From contig OZ024757.1 of the NCBI GenBank assembly GCA_964016885.1, forward strand, positions 39,990,001 through 40,054,000: DNA of 64,000 bases, in the 5' to 3' direction. The notes below the pieces were generated by a model, which was not told the DNA's origin, ran no database searches, and saw only the letters and a program-made list of their open reading frames with translations. This DNA comes from Eledone cirrhosa (Eukaryota). Below are positions 43,959-57,918 of the stretch, piece after piece (the first letter of the stretch is position 1; each line of letters opens with the position of its first letter). The position numbers and the translations under genes are program-made.

Positions 43959-44691
43959 ACTATATATATATATATATATATAGTGGTGAGTACGGCTACA
44001 GTCCTGAAGATGTGAGCAAACCCCAAAGCAGTGGAGGTCAACCAGGGAGTGGTTTTACCTACAATAGTGAGAAGGCACTTGTTTGGATCGGAATGTGGGA
44101 TGCTCATGGTTGGATATCCTTTTTATGATAGGTCTGTTTGAATAAGGCTTTCCATGTCGTATACAGCAACTCAACCACAATAATTGTATTGAAAATATAT
44201 ATATATATACATTCCTGATGTATATTACTGTTTATAGCTTATTGATGGCTATGGAGGAAAAGAAAATAGAGCTATGGTCCTTTGAAAAAACCTACAGCTC
44301 AATTTTGCCAAAAGAGCACCCTGGGGAACTCAGGTGGTAAAGATGTTTAATTAAAGATAAAACATCACTCGAAATCGAACACAAAACTTAATCATTTGTT
44401 GAACTTTATGAATATTAAAATAAACACATTCAAGACCTCAGAAAAACACACAAAATATGGGTTGGGGTTGTAGGTTACATTTGTATGTTGTTTACAGTTA
44501 TAAACATTTCCATCTTTTAATAGATATGAAATATAAATAGTTATATATTTGCTCATTTTAGGAAAATTTTTTAATAGACGCTCAATTGGAAAAAATAAAT
44601 TGATACTAGTGTATATACATAGATATATACACATACATATACACACCTATTATATATATATATATATTTATATATACATACATACACACAC

Positions 44692-44722
<31 letters not shown>

Positions 44723-44723
44723 A

Positions 44724-44777
<54 letters not shown>

Positions 44778-45913
44778 ATATATACTCATATACTCACACA
44801 CACACACACATATATATTTATATATATATATAGAGAGAGAAACGAAAGAGAGAGCGCTAGGAGCATACTTTTCAAATATATATATATATATAATTAAGCA
44901 CTGATCAAAGTTTATATGTTGACATCTTTTAGAATATGTTATTTTCATTTAGAATATATCTTTCGACACTAAATATATATTACACTATCTATAATAAAAA
45001 GAAAACAAGCGAAAAAATACCTACGTACAAAACTAAGACTTATATATGTAATATAACGTTTAAGGAAAAATACTAGAAATAACGAATGTGTTGGCAAATG
45101 AGACTAGTTGATTTCATGTAGATAATTTTCGTTCTGCAAAATTTTTGTTAATAACGAAGACAATAACGTATTCTGAAGACAAAGGCTATCGGCTATGTAG
45201 ATAACTATTATCTTCCACAGAAAAATTGGTCACAATTGCAAATTAAAAACCCGTTTGTGCGAAGAATTCAGATAACTGAGTAATAATTATTATATTGATA
45301 ATATTTAAAATAATATCAACTATATTGCACACATTCACACATATAAATATATATGTAAATATATATATATATATATAAATATATATGTATATGGATATAT
45401 GTATATGAATATAAATATATGGATATATGTATATGGATATATGTATATGTATATATGTATATATGTATATGGATATATGTATATGGATATATGTATATGT
45501 ATATATGTATATGGATATATGTATATGGATATATGTATATTGATATATGTATATGAATATATGTATATGGATATATGTATATGGATATATGTATATGAAT
45601 ATATGTATATGGATATATGTTTGAATATATATGTATATTTGCATATATGTACGAATATGTATATATATTTATATATATTTGAATATATGTACGAATATTT
45701 ATATATATATATATTTGAATATATGTACGAAGATTTATATATATATATATATAAATGCATAGAATGGTATATAGACGGACATGTTTCTAATAATATATTT
45801 CATGTTCTAATATGCAAGTGTTCATAGGTGCGGGGACAAAGATGTGTAATGTAGGTAAAATACCTCGCTACGCATCCACGTTGTTTTCGGATCGAAAGAT
45901 CGTATCTAATATA

Positions 45914-45951
<38 letters not shown>

Positions 45952-45957
45952 GCAGTA

Positions 45958-46125
45958 ACACAACAGTTAGTTCACCATACCATATGACCAGTCCGAGCTG
46001 AAGACCCGCATAAGGTGAAACAATTGTTCTTGGTATGGTGAACTAACTGTTGTGTAACCACTTCTACCAAACTCGTCTCATGGACTGAGTGCTCTACCAC
46101 TACGGATATTACCTTCCAGTGCTCT
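45958..46125 (+). mobile_element. Family D element with short inverted head
   Basis: ACACAACAGTTAGTTCACCATACC is inverted to GGTATGGTGAACTAACTGTTGTGT; tail near-identical to 22885-22980. Confidence 0.85.
45993..46033 (+). ncRNA. Minimal type I hammerhead ribozyme
   Basis: CCGAG-CUGAAGA-CCCGCAUAAGGU-GAAAC-AAUU-GUU^CUUGG. Confidence 0.75.
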
Positions 46126-46583
46126 CTCTCTCTCTCTCTCTATGTATATATATATATATATATATATATACCCCCCCCCCCCCACATACACATACATAGC
46201 TATTCCAAAATCGTTAATCGCTGTTCATTGCTCTTGATAATGATAATGGTGATTATTACGGAGATCAAGATGATGATGATGTCACTGATATTAGAGTAGT
46301 TTCATTTAATGGCAGCCCTACTGGCCTAAAGGTTCTAAATTATTGCTGTAATAATCACCACCAGTCATCGATTTTTAGTACGGAAGAGCAGTTTATTGGC
46401 CAATAATTCTTATTGGTTTCAACTGTACAGCCTATTGCACTATTTGCTGGTACACTTATTGGCTTTTAGTTTTAACCGAAAGCTATAAGCGTTAACTGAT
46501 GTATTCATATATTATAAGAGTATTATTTTTTTATTGTTTACTCGCTCACTCTCCATATCTCTCTCTCTCTCTCTCACATACAC

Positions 46584-46834
<251 letters not shown>

Positions 46835-46862
46835 GTTATGTAATAAACAACATAAGACAATT

Positions 46863-46937
46863 ATCCCATTTACCAAAGGTTTCACGAAGACAGTCGAGCT
46901 CGACACAGACGTCTGAAATCGTTCATCAGAATGAAAT
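46863..46937 (-). ncRNA. Type I hammerhead ribozyme, canonical core
   Basis: Minus: AUUUCAUU-CUGAUGA-ACGA..UCGU-GAAAC-CUUUG-GUA^AAUGGGAU; 8-bp stem I; bracketed by inverted repeat 46835-46855/46960-46980. Confidence 0.8.
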
Positions 46938-47375
46938 TTTATTTGAAGTATATGCGAGATTATGTTGTCTATTACATAACTAAAAAGCTCTGTAGCCTAC
47001 ATAGAGCTCTCTCCTTTCCTTTACCTTACCTACGGAAACATATATATATATATGCGTGGGGACATAGAAATAGTCGGACTGGATACCCGATTGCGCGGTT
47101 AAACAACTGGGAGTGAAGGACCCCTAGTCTTTGTCAGACTATTCTTCTAGAAGAAGGCAGCTCAGTAGTTACGGATGATGTTGATATTTTCTTCTTTTCG
47201 GGTTATAGCTACTGTCGCTCAGAGAGTTGGATTGGCTCAATGCACAGTCTTTCCTCACTTTAAAAAAAAAAAAAAATCACGCACAGGCATTGCACGATAG
47301 AATTAATTAATAATAATTAATAATGGTATATCGTGCAATGCCCGTACTCGATAACGAGGGGGCACCCATCATATA

Positions 47376-47625
47376 TATTAAAATAACAGATTAAAGTTTA
47401 AGCAAAGAATCGCTGCTTTCCCCCTTAACGGGATCTTCTGAAACTCAGAAGATCCCGTTTCAGAAGATCCCGTTAAGGGAGAAAGCAGCGATCCTTTGCT
47501 TAAACTTTAATCTGTTATTTTAATAAATAGTTGCTCCGTTGTTTTTATATATTTGATATATATATATATTATCCTTATCGAGCACTCTTCGGATTTTAGT
47601 CTTTACATTTATTATAATTATTATA
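47376..47625 (+). mobile_element. Family A element with long fold-back head and hammerhead-like motif
   Basis: 47376-47444 inverted to 47457-47525; CAGAAGA-TCCCGTTAAGGGA-GAAAG motif related to the family D hammerhead. Confidence 0.8.
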
Positions 47626-47628
47626 ATA

Positions 47629-47700
<72 letters not shown>

Positions 47701-48089
47701 AACACACTCCATCGGTTCCAATGATACGACTGTTTGGCCGACAGGACAGGCAACTCACGAAATTAACATACAAATGCTTGAACGTCCTATAGACACGTGA
47801 AACACCTTACCAAAGCATGCAATATATGTAATATATTTATCAACTCACTACATTACATATGTGAGATCTTAACATATTTAGTATACAAGTCTTTCTCGTT
47901 TTCACCGAGTTATATTCTCTGTCAGCCATACTGCTTATCTTCAACATAAAATCTTGTTCTTATACTCAACTAAGAACTAATCGATATTTCTTATGAGTTC
48001 TATGGCAAGGAACATTCGTTCCGTCTATAGATTTCCCTAGATACTATATTCGTTGGATCTGGGTGCTTTATCTTCGGAGTTTATCGATA

Positions 48090-48131
<42 letters not shown>

Positions 48132-48354
48132 CTGCGCGTTACTCTCCCTATATATATAGTTTTAGTGAAAAAAGTGAGAGCGAGTAAGGGCAAGAAAACG
48201 ATGTATAAATATTTGTATATAAATTTATATGATACATACCTGTACATATATATATATATATATATACACATGCAATATATATAAATACATATCATACATA
48301 CACACACACACATATATAGAAATATATATATATATATACATATATACATACATA

Positions 48355-48417
48355 CATATACCTGCAAACATACACACGCAATATATATATATATATATAC
48401 TTGCAAACATACACACG

Positions 48418-48469
<52 letters not shown>

Positions 48470-48600
48470 CTGCAAACATACACACGCAATATATATATAT
48501 ATACATATATATATATACACACATATACCTGCAAACATACACTCGCAATATATATAGATATATATACATACATATAACTTGCAAACGTACACACGCAATA
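48355..48600. repeat. TACCTGCAAACATACACACGCAATATA minisatellite interspersed with (TA)n
   Basis: Five diverged copies. Confidence 0.85.
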
Positions 48601-48801
48601 TATATATATATATAAGTAGAGAGAGATGGCGAGAGAAGGAGATGAGAGAGAGAGAGAGAGAAGGAGAGAGAAAGACAGGCATAGAAAAAGTAGAATATAT
48701 AAAAAGACCGAGTTATGAAGTGAAGGCGCTCTTTGCTTTTATATGATATTTATCACAGTGTAGTTTTGTGTTTATACACACGATATATACATACATACAT
48801 A

Positions 48802-48838
<37 letters not shown>

Positions 48839-49145
48839 CTGTAAATAGTCAATCCATGAGTTGCTATCTTTTAGAAATCGACATGATATATATGAGCTGT
48901 GTCACTCAATATTGTTTGAAAGTGGGTGACATGTTTGACCTGCACACATCTTATAGAATATGGTGAGAGAATTTCACTCTCTTTTGATGCTTTACAATTC
49001 AGATTTCACTGAGCAATAACTTGATTTATATTTTTCTCTATGTTTTTATGTTTTTTCATTTTTTTTATGTCTCTCTCTATCTATCAACATATAACATATC
49101 TATTTATCTACCACTCAATCAACATACATATATATATATATATGA

Positions 49146-49406
49146 AAAAGTATGACCCCGACGGCAGAGCTCAAGCCGTTTCGACGGCTATTTCTGGACT
49201 AAATTAGAATTTTTAGCCTGGTGAATAAATCGGCTATTTATTCACGAGGCTAAAGATTCTAAGTTAGTCCAGACATAGCCGTTGAAATGGCTTGAGTTCT
49301 GCCCTCGGGGGTCATACATTTTCCTATTTCCCACTCTACTACCCTAAGTATTGAGTACTCTGGTGCGTTATGGTCCATCTGGTTCCTTACCACAATTCTT
49401 TTGTTA
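49146..49406 (+). mobile_element. ~175-bp imperfect palindrome plus family B-like tail
   Basis: AAAGTATGACCCC..TGAATAAAT / ATTTATTCAC..GGGGTCATAC; tail GTATTGAGTACTC; flanked by (TA)n. Confidence 0.7.
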
Positions 49407-49572
49407 TATATATATATATATATATATACTGTGTGTGTGCTGGGGAAATTTCAATACATCTTAAACGGATATATGTTTGTGCTGTACAATATTATAACCT
49501 AGTCGTTTCTATCTATTCAATATATATATATATATATATAGTCTATCTATAATCTATATATCTATTTTTTCA

Positions 49573-49614
<42 letters not shown>

Positions 49615-49646
49615 ATCTATAATCTATATATCTATTTTTTCATCTA

Positions 49647-49693
<47 letters not shown>

Positions 49694-49801
49694 GAGAGAG
49701 AGAGAGAGAAAGAGAGAAAGAGAGCTTTAAAAGTATCTCTCTCTGTATATAAATATTTATTAACCATCCACCCATCTATCTACTCTATCTATCTATCACA
49801 G

Positions 49802-50620
49802 ATACGCGCTCGGAGAAACTCTAGGCGTAGAGAAGGACGAACTGGCCAGTCTGTTCGGTAGGACCTTCCGCCCGGGACCAATGGACAACTTCCAAAAGTC
49901 CCTGGCCTAGCAGTGTTACCGAGGAGCTCTACAGACACGGGCGCCGGGGTAGGGACCTTTCGAAAAAGATCTGTCCTAGATGCGTGCGCGACGAAGAAAC
50001 TGTCGTGCACGCATTTGTACACTGCCCGGGCGTTACCGACCTGTGGGGCTATGTAGAGCGACTATTGTCGCGGGTGGGACCAATCCAGTTGACCACCAAG
50101 TCCATTGTCATGATCAAACCGCCACCCTCCTTAAAAAACGAGGGAAAGGTGGTTTTCCTATGTGTTATGACTATGGTGAAAGAGGTTATATGGTGGACGA
50201 GGTGAAAAGGGCTGAGGTCAGACACCTTTCTCTACGTCGAGCAACTGATTCGTTTTTTCAAATACCACTTTGGAAGAAGAATCAGGATGGAGAGAGAGGT
50301 GCTGTACCCCAACACATTTTATAAAAGGTGGGTGAATGTGGCAAAGATGGCCCGAGTGGTTGGACCTTCTCTCTATATAAGCCGGTAGGTTGAGGAAAAA
50401 GAGGAAGAGAGGAAGGTAGTACTCACTCTTGGTGCTCCTGGAGATGAGGGTTGTACATTTTTTCGGGGTGTGTACAACCCCTGTGTAACGCCTCCCCCCT
50501 ATTGGGGATTTCAATTGTTATTTGTTATTTTATTAATAGTTTTATTTTCATATACCTGTATGTAAACTCCCCATTTGTATTTGTCCCCTTCTTTTGTGCC
50601 CTTGTGGCTAATAAAGAAAT
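49802..50620 (+). mobile_element. L1/Tx1-clade LINE 3' fragment (zf-RVT region and 3' UTR)
   Basis: CPRC..DEETVVHAFVHCP....W..V CCHC motif, then KEVIWWTR..; in-frame stops; AATAAA at ~50610. Confidence 0.8.
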
Positions 50621-50725
50621 GTATCTATCTATCACACATTCTCAGATCTTTTAGTCTACCTATCAATATATCCTTAAATATTTATCTACCACCCAACCAA
50701 CAAACCTATCTATTTAACACGCATT

Positions 50726-50914
50726 GGTGGATTGGCAGTATCGGTAGAGGGTTTGAGGCTATGCTTTTCAACAGAGTTACGGCCCTTTATGGTCTGAGTT
50801 CAAATCCCGCCGAAGTTAACTTTGCCTTTCATCCTTACAGAGTCGCTAAAATAAAGTAGCAGTAATAGACTGCGATAATTGTTGGCTTTGTGCCAAAAAG
50901 TAGAAACAATTATT
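50726..50914 (+). mobile_element. SINE family M full length
   Basis: A box, B box, central domain and tail all present. Confidence 0.9.
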
Positions 50915-51179
50915 TCTCTATCCCTCAGTGAATCTCTATATATCTACCTATTTACCATCCAACCAATCTGCATCTTTCTATCTATTACATTTGTCTCCTA
51001 TTCTCCTATAATTGTTTGTCTACCTATCTATATAGCTCTGTAGCTGTACGTATTTATATCAGTCACCCACCAACCCACTCTAACACACTTTCTATCTCAA
51101 CTTGCTATTTACCAATATCTCTCTAGCTATTTATCAATCAGCCAACCGAAATAGCTATCTTCCTATTGAACTACCTACG

Positions 51180-51595
51180 TATATCTATCTATATATCTAT
51201 CTATCGATCTTCCTATTTATTAATTTATCTATCTACCTACCTGTCTACCTATCTGCCTGCCTATCTCTCTACCTACATACCTACCTATCTATCTATCTAT
51301 CTATCTATCGTTGTACCTTTCGATCTATCTAACTATCTACCTATTTATTTACGCATCCATCTACGCATCTAACTATCTACCTATCTATATCTATCTATCT
51401 ACCTATCTATCAAGTAACTATCCACCTACTACCTATAACTCTATCTACCTATTTATTTACGTATCTATCTACGTGTCTATCTCCCTCTCTATCTACCTGT
51501 ATATCTATCTATCTATCTACCTACCTACCTGCCAATCTATCTACCTGTATATATATCCACTTATCTAGAGATCTACCTACTTATCTACCTATCTC
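51180..51595. repeat. (TATC/TACC)n degenerate microsatellite
   Basis: CTAT/CTAC tandem repeats. Confidence 0.9.
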
Positions 51596-52446
51596 ACACG
51601 TTTTCAAATTCTTTCATGATTTGTCATTCATTCTCTAAATTAAAACTGGGGCGTTTTACTTTCACTCATTCCAAGCAAAACTTAATGTGTTACCTCAAGC
51701 ATGTCGTAATTGTTGATGGTTGTGACGGGTTGATTTCACAACGATAATTAAAATAGATATTTTGTTTTTCTCAATTATTTTATTATTTTATTTTAAAATA
51801 CCAAGTATTCTAATCAATTTCTTTTGCTTTTAACTTCCTTTCTGATTCGGTATTAGATATCTGACGTCATCATGGCAATCGATATTGTAATATTAATACA
51901 GTTAAACCATTAAAAATAAAGTATTGTTTAACCATCTTGAAAATGAATCCAGTAGCAAAATTAACCAAACAGTTTTTTCGCCTCTTGAGGGAAGATTTGT
52001 AATTTTTTAATTTTTCTTTTTGGTTTTCCCAGAATACAATTAAGTTCAACGAAAATGTTGTTGTAGTTTTCCACTCATTATATATATATTTTACGAGCAA
52101 AACCAACCAACAGGAAAACCAGGTGTAGACCCCGGGCAAGATGGTTGCATAATATCCATGAGCTTGGCTTGATTCGCTTGGGGATCCAACCAGATTAATT
52201 GTAAAAAGTTTATTGTGACAAGACTCACTGGGAAAGGTGTTTGAGCACTCTGGCATTACGATTCTCTCAGGAATAGGTGAGCGAAGGAAAAGAAGATCCC
52301 AGGTGGAGAAGCAAAACCGTCGGTAGAAGTCAAAACTGCCAGAAAGTTCTTCTCGACGGCTGAAGGACTTCGAGTTCCCTGTCTATCGTTTTCATTATTG
52401 TTTTCATTTTGCCTTGTTTACGCTCGTTATCCTATATATATATTGT

Positions 52447-52492
<46 letters not shown>

Positions 52493-52566
52493 AACATACA
52501 TATAAGTAAAAAACTAAAAACAAAAACAATAACAAAGACTGCGGTACGAACGGTGTTGGTTGACGC

Positions 52567-52670
<104 letters not shown>

Positions 52671-53039
52671 CTACGAGTTCCCATACAACGTTTGTTAGAC
52701 CAATGTCACTAGAGAGGAAAATTGGGTCACATCTTGAGGATGGCCTCAGCCGGATGGCGGGAACAGGTAATAGAGAATATATATATATATACATATATAT
52801 CTTCGTATCTAAATCACCAAAAACATCTCAGTCTTTTTGTTCAACAACAAACACCAACTGAAAACGCATGAAGAAAATTTTGTAGATTTTAACACGAAAT
52901 GTTCTAGAGAGTATAAACATTTTTCGTAATAGCAGTCAACACATTTCTATCTTTTGTTAACTGTTATGTTGTTGCTAGTGTACTGTTAGATCTTTCTTTC
53001 GGTAGTCTTGCTGCTGCTGTTGTTGTTGTTTTAGTATAG

Positions 53040-53042
<3 letters not shown>

Positions 53043-53081
<39 letters not shown>

Positions 53082-53212
53082 CTCTCTCTCTCTATATATA
53101 TTTATATATATCTCTCTCTCTCTATATATATTTATATATATCTCTCTCTCTCTATATATATTTATATATATCTCTCTCTATATATATATATATATTTATA
53201 TATATCTCTCTC

Positions 53213-53243
<31 letters not shown>

Positions 53244-53246
53244 CTC

Positions 53247-53279
<33 letters not shown>

Positions 53280-53282
53280 CTC

Positions 53283-53315
<33 letters not shown>

Positions 53316-55099
53316 CTCTCTATATATATATATATTTATATATATCTCTCTCTATATATATATATATTTATATATATCTCTCTCTATATATATATATATT
53401 TATATATATCTCTCTCTCTATATATATTTATATATATCTCTCTCTCTATATATATTTATATATATCTCTCTCTCTATATATATTTATATATATCTCTCTC
53501 TCTATATATATTTATATATATCTCTCTCTATATATATTTATATATATCTCTCTATATATATATTTATATATATCTCTCTCTATATATATATTTATATATA
53601 TCTCTCTCTATATATATATTTATATATATCTCTCTCTCTATATATATTTATATATATCTCTCTCTCTATATATATTTATATATATCTCTCTCTCTATATA
53701 TATTTATATATATCTCTCTCTCTATATATATTTATATATATCTCTCTATATATATATTTATATATATCTCTCTATATATATATTTATATATATCTCTCTA
53801 TATATATATTTATATATATCTCTCTATATATATATTTATATATATCTCTCTATATATATATTTATATATATCTCTCTATATATATATTTATATATATCTC
53901 TCTATATATATATTTATATATATCTCTCTATATATATATTTATATATATCTCTCTATATATATATTTATATATATCTCTCTATATATATATTTATATATA
54001 TCTCTCTATATATATATTTATATATATCTCTCTATATATATATTTATATATATCTCTCTATATATATATTTATATATATCTCTCTATATATATATTTATA
54101 TATATCTCTCTATATATATATTTATATATATCTCTCTATATATATATTTATATATATCTCTCTATATATATATTTATATATATCTCTCTATATATATATT
54201 TATATATATCTCTCTATATATATATTTATATATATCTCTCTATATATATATTTATATATATCTCTCTATATATATATTTATATATATCTCTCTCTATATA
54301 TATTTATATATATCTCTCTCTATATATATTTATATATATCTCTCTCTATATATATTTATATATATCTCTCTCTATATATATTTATATATATCTCTCTATA
54401 TATATATTTATATATATCTCTCTATATATATATTTATATATATCTCTCTATATATATATTTATATATATCTCTCTATATATATATTTATATATATCTCTC
54501 TATATATATATTTATATATATCTCTCTATATATATATTTATATATATCTCTCTATATATATATTTATATATATCTCTCTATATATATATATTTATATATA
54601 TCTCTCTATATATATATATTTATATATATCTCTCTATATATATATATTTATATATATCTCTCTATATATATATATTTATATATATCTCTCTATATATATA
54701 TATTTATATATATCTCTCTATATATATATATTTATATATATCTCTCTATATATATATATTTATATATATCTCTCTATATATATATATTTATATATATCTC
54801 TCTATATATATATATTTATATATATCTCTCTATATATATATATTTATATATATCTCTCTATATATATATATTTATATATATCTCTCTATATATATATATT
54901 TATATATATCTCTCTATATATATATATTTATATATATCTCTCTATATATATATATATATATATCTCTATATATATATATATTTATATATATCTCTCTATA
55001 TATATATATTTATATATATCTCTCTATATATATATATTTATATATATCTCTCTATATATATATATTTATATATATATCTCTATATATATATTTATATAT
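53043..55099. repeat. 26-30 bp minisatellite (TC)3(TA)nTT(TA)m
   Basis: ~2 kb with homogeneous blocks of 26-bp then 28-bp units. Confidence 0.95.
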
Positions 55100-55285
55100 A
55101 ATATAGATGAGATTCTACAGGACTAGAACTGTTTCATTCTTTAGAAATCATCAGGAATCTGATGATTTCTAAAGAATGAAACAGTTCTAGTCCTGTAGAA
55201 TCTCATCTATATTAAAACTTTTATACTCTGCTATGTATTGAGTACCTTACTTACTGTGGTTACCTCCGATTCAACCCGAAATAAC
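55100..55285 (+). mobile_element. Family B element: perfect ~55-bp-arm hairpin centred on a hammerhead core
   Basis: 55100-55154 is inverted to 55159-55213 with a GAAT loop; right arm starts CTGATGA-TTTCTAAAGAAT-GAAAC-AGTTCTA-GTC. Confidence 0.8.
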
Positions 55286-55430
55286 GTATATTTATTTATT
55301 TATATTTATATATATATATATCTCTATTTATGTGTGTATATTTATATATATCTATTTATGTGTGTATATTTATATATATCTATTTATGTGTGTATATTTA
55401 TGTATATCTATTTATGAACATCTATCTATT

Positions 55431-55504
<74 letters not shown>

Positions 55505-55869
55505 GTATTTATTTATTTATATATTAATTCATTTGTTCATTCTTTCGTTCGTTACGATAATTTTCTTTGTGTTAATTCAAAAGTGTTATCTTGTTTGGTG
55601 GGTAACCGAAGTTCGTTTAGTCAGCTGGAAAGATATGTGTACACACATACTCATACGCACACAAACACACACACACACATACTATCACACATCAAGATAA
55701 ATACACATAAGCACAGGCATATATAATAATAATGAAACATATATATATATCTACGCACACACACACACAATCCTAATAACAACCACATATACATAATATA
55801 TGGAGACACACACAGAGAGGACATAACGTTTTGAAATGGTGCACGAACTGTTCAAAACGAGTTGCAGAA

Positions 55870-55872
<3 letters not shown>

Positions 55873-55941
<69 letters not shown>

Positions 55942-55966
55942 CGTGTGTGTGCGTGTGCGTGTGCGT

Positions 55967-56021
<55 letters not shown>
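55873..56021. repeat. (TG)n/(TGCG)n microsatellite
   Basis: Tandem repeat. Confidence 0.95.
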
Positions 56022-56024
<3 letters not shown>

Positions 56025-56792
56025 ATGAGTGTCTGAATGTATGTTTACCTGTGGTTATGTGTATGTATGTAGGTGTGTGTATATGTTTGTAGTTATCTTG
56101 TGTGTGTATATGTGTGTGTGTTTGTGGTTATGTATATATGTAGGCGTGTGTATATGTTTATCTGTAGTTAGCTGTGTGTGTCCGGATATGTGTAGATGTG
56201 TTTGTGTGTATGTATGTATGTATGTATGTATGTAGGTGTGTGTGTGTGTGCGTATATGTCTGTAGTTATCTGTGTGTGTGTGTATAAGTGTTTTAGTGTG
56301 TTGTATTCATATGTTAGGTTTTAATCTCCAACTAACACAAAAGAAAACATCAGAGATAGAGAAACCACGGAGAGAAGCACATGAAACGTTACCCGTAACA
56401 ATGACAGAACAGACCACGTGATGTCAGCTGTGTGTGTATATATATATATACATACATAGATGTGCATAGATATACATAGATGTGCCTATATATATATATA
56501 CATAGATGTGCATACATATACATAGATGTGCATACATATACATAGATGTGCATTTATATATATATATATATATATACATAGATGTGCATTTATATATATA
56601 TATATATATACGTACTTCTATACATATATAGATACATAGATATATAATGTATAAAGAATAGATGTTTTTGAAATAAATCAATGTTTTATTGTAGGATTGC
56701 TGGGGTGAAAATAATGAGTGACCGAATGTTTCAAAACAAGAAACTAGAATATATTTGTATGTCATAATATATATATATATATATATATATAT

Positions 56793-56977
56793 AGTAATAA
56801 ATTTGAAAACTAAAATCCCCAGAGGGCTCGATAAAGATAAATATACATCAATTATATAAGAACCGTAGAGCAAATATTTATTAAAATAACAGATTAAACT
56901 TTAAGCAAAGAAGATCCCGTTAAGGGTGAAAGCAGTGATTCTTTGCTTAAACTTTAATATGTTATTTTAATAAATAT
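56793..56977 (-). mobile_element. Family A element (minus) with inverted segment
   Basis: Reverse complement of the family A tail, then GAAGATCCCGTTAAGGGTGAAAGCAG..TTAAACTTTAAT. Confidence 0.75.
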
Positions 56978-56980
56978 GTA

Positions 56981-57026
<46 letters not shown>

Positions 57027-57100
57027 GTTTCATCTTTTTAAATGGAAGTGAAATGAAACAAAATTCAACGAAAACATACAAAATTTACGAAATAAATTAC

Positions 57101-57400
57101 GATTTCCAATTTAGACACAAGACCAGCAATTTGTGAAGGGAAGTCTTGGTAATATTGACCCAAGAAGCTGGTACCTTTTTTTTTATCGATCTCGAATTGA
57201 CGAAAGGTAAATATGACCTCGATAAGGTTTAGATTGAAGATGACAGTGGGAGAAATAATGTGTTAGAGAACAGGAGAAAAAAGAGATAATGTGGGAGACT
57301 CGACCTCAGTACTAGACTGGTTCTTTTTCCAACCTCGAATGGATGAAAGGCAAAGACGACATCGGCGGGAATGAGAAAGAGAGAGCGAGAGAGAGAGAGG

Positions 57401-57449
<49 letters not shown>

Positions 57450-57872
57450 TCTGCTTGTGAGTGTGTGATAGAGAGGAGGCGATAGAAATATAGAGGAAAA
57501 ATTGAACCCAGTACTACACTGGTATTTGTTTTCATCGATCTTAAATGGATGAAAGGGAAAGTTGAACTTGGCTAGATTTGAACTCAGGGAGCAGAGAACC
57601 CCACCAAATGCTAGAAAGTATTCTATCTGAGGTTCTAACAATCCACTACACCATAATAATAATAATGATAATAATGATAATACTAATTGTTTCTACTTTA
57701 GGCACAAGGCCACCAAATTACCCAGTGCATTACTGGTACTTTATTTTATCGACCCCGTAAGGATGAAAGGCAAAGTAAACCTCGGCGGGATTTGAACTCA
57801 GACCGTAAAGGGACGTAACTATGCTGGAAAGCATGGCGTCCGACTCTACCGATACTGCCAATCCACCACCGC
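57101..57872 (-). mobile_element. Cluster of four minus-strand family M SINEs (57101-57240, 57296-57374, 57500-57652, 57684-57872)
   Basis: GGATGAAAGGCAAAG..GGATTTGAACTCAG motifs; last copy is full length. Confidence 0.85.
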
Positions 57873-57873
57873 T

Positions 57874-57918
<45 letters not shown>

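Noticed and set aside
48355-48600. Regularly interspaced repeats resembling a CRISPR array
   Set aside because: Spacers are just (TA)n/(CA)n; eukaryotic context; no cas genes
52316-52380. Hairpin CCGTCG..CGACGG followed by CTGAAGGA
   Set aside because: No GAAA half-core and no NUH before the stem; not a type III hammerhead
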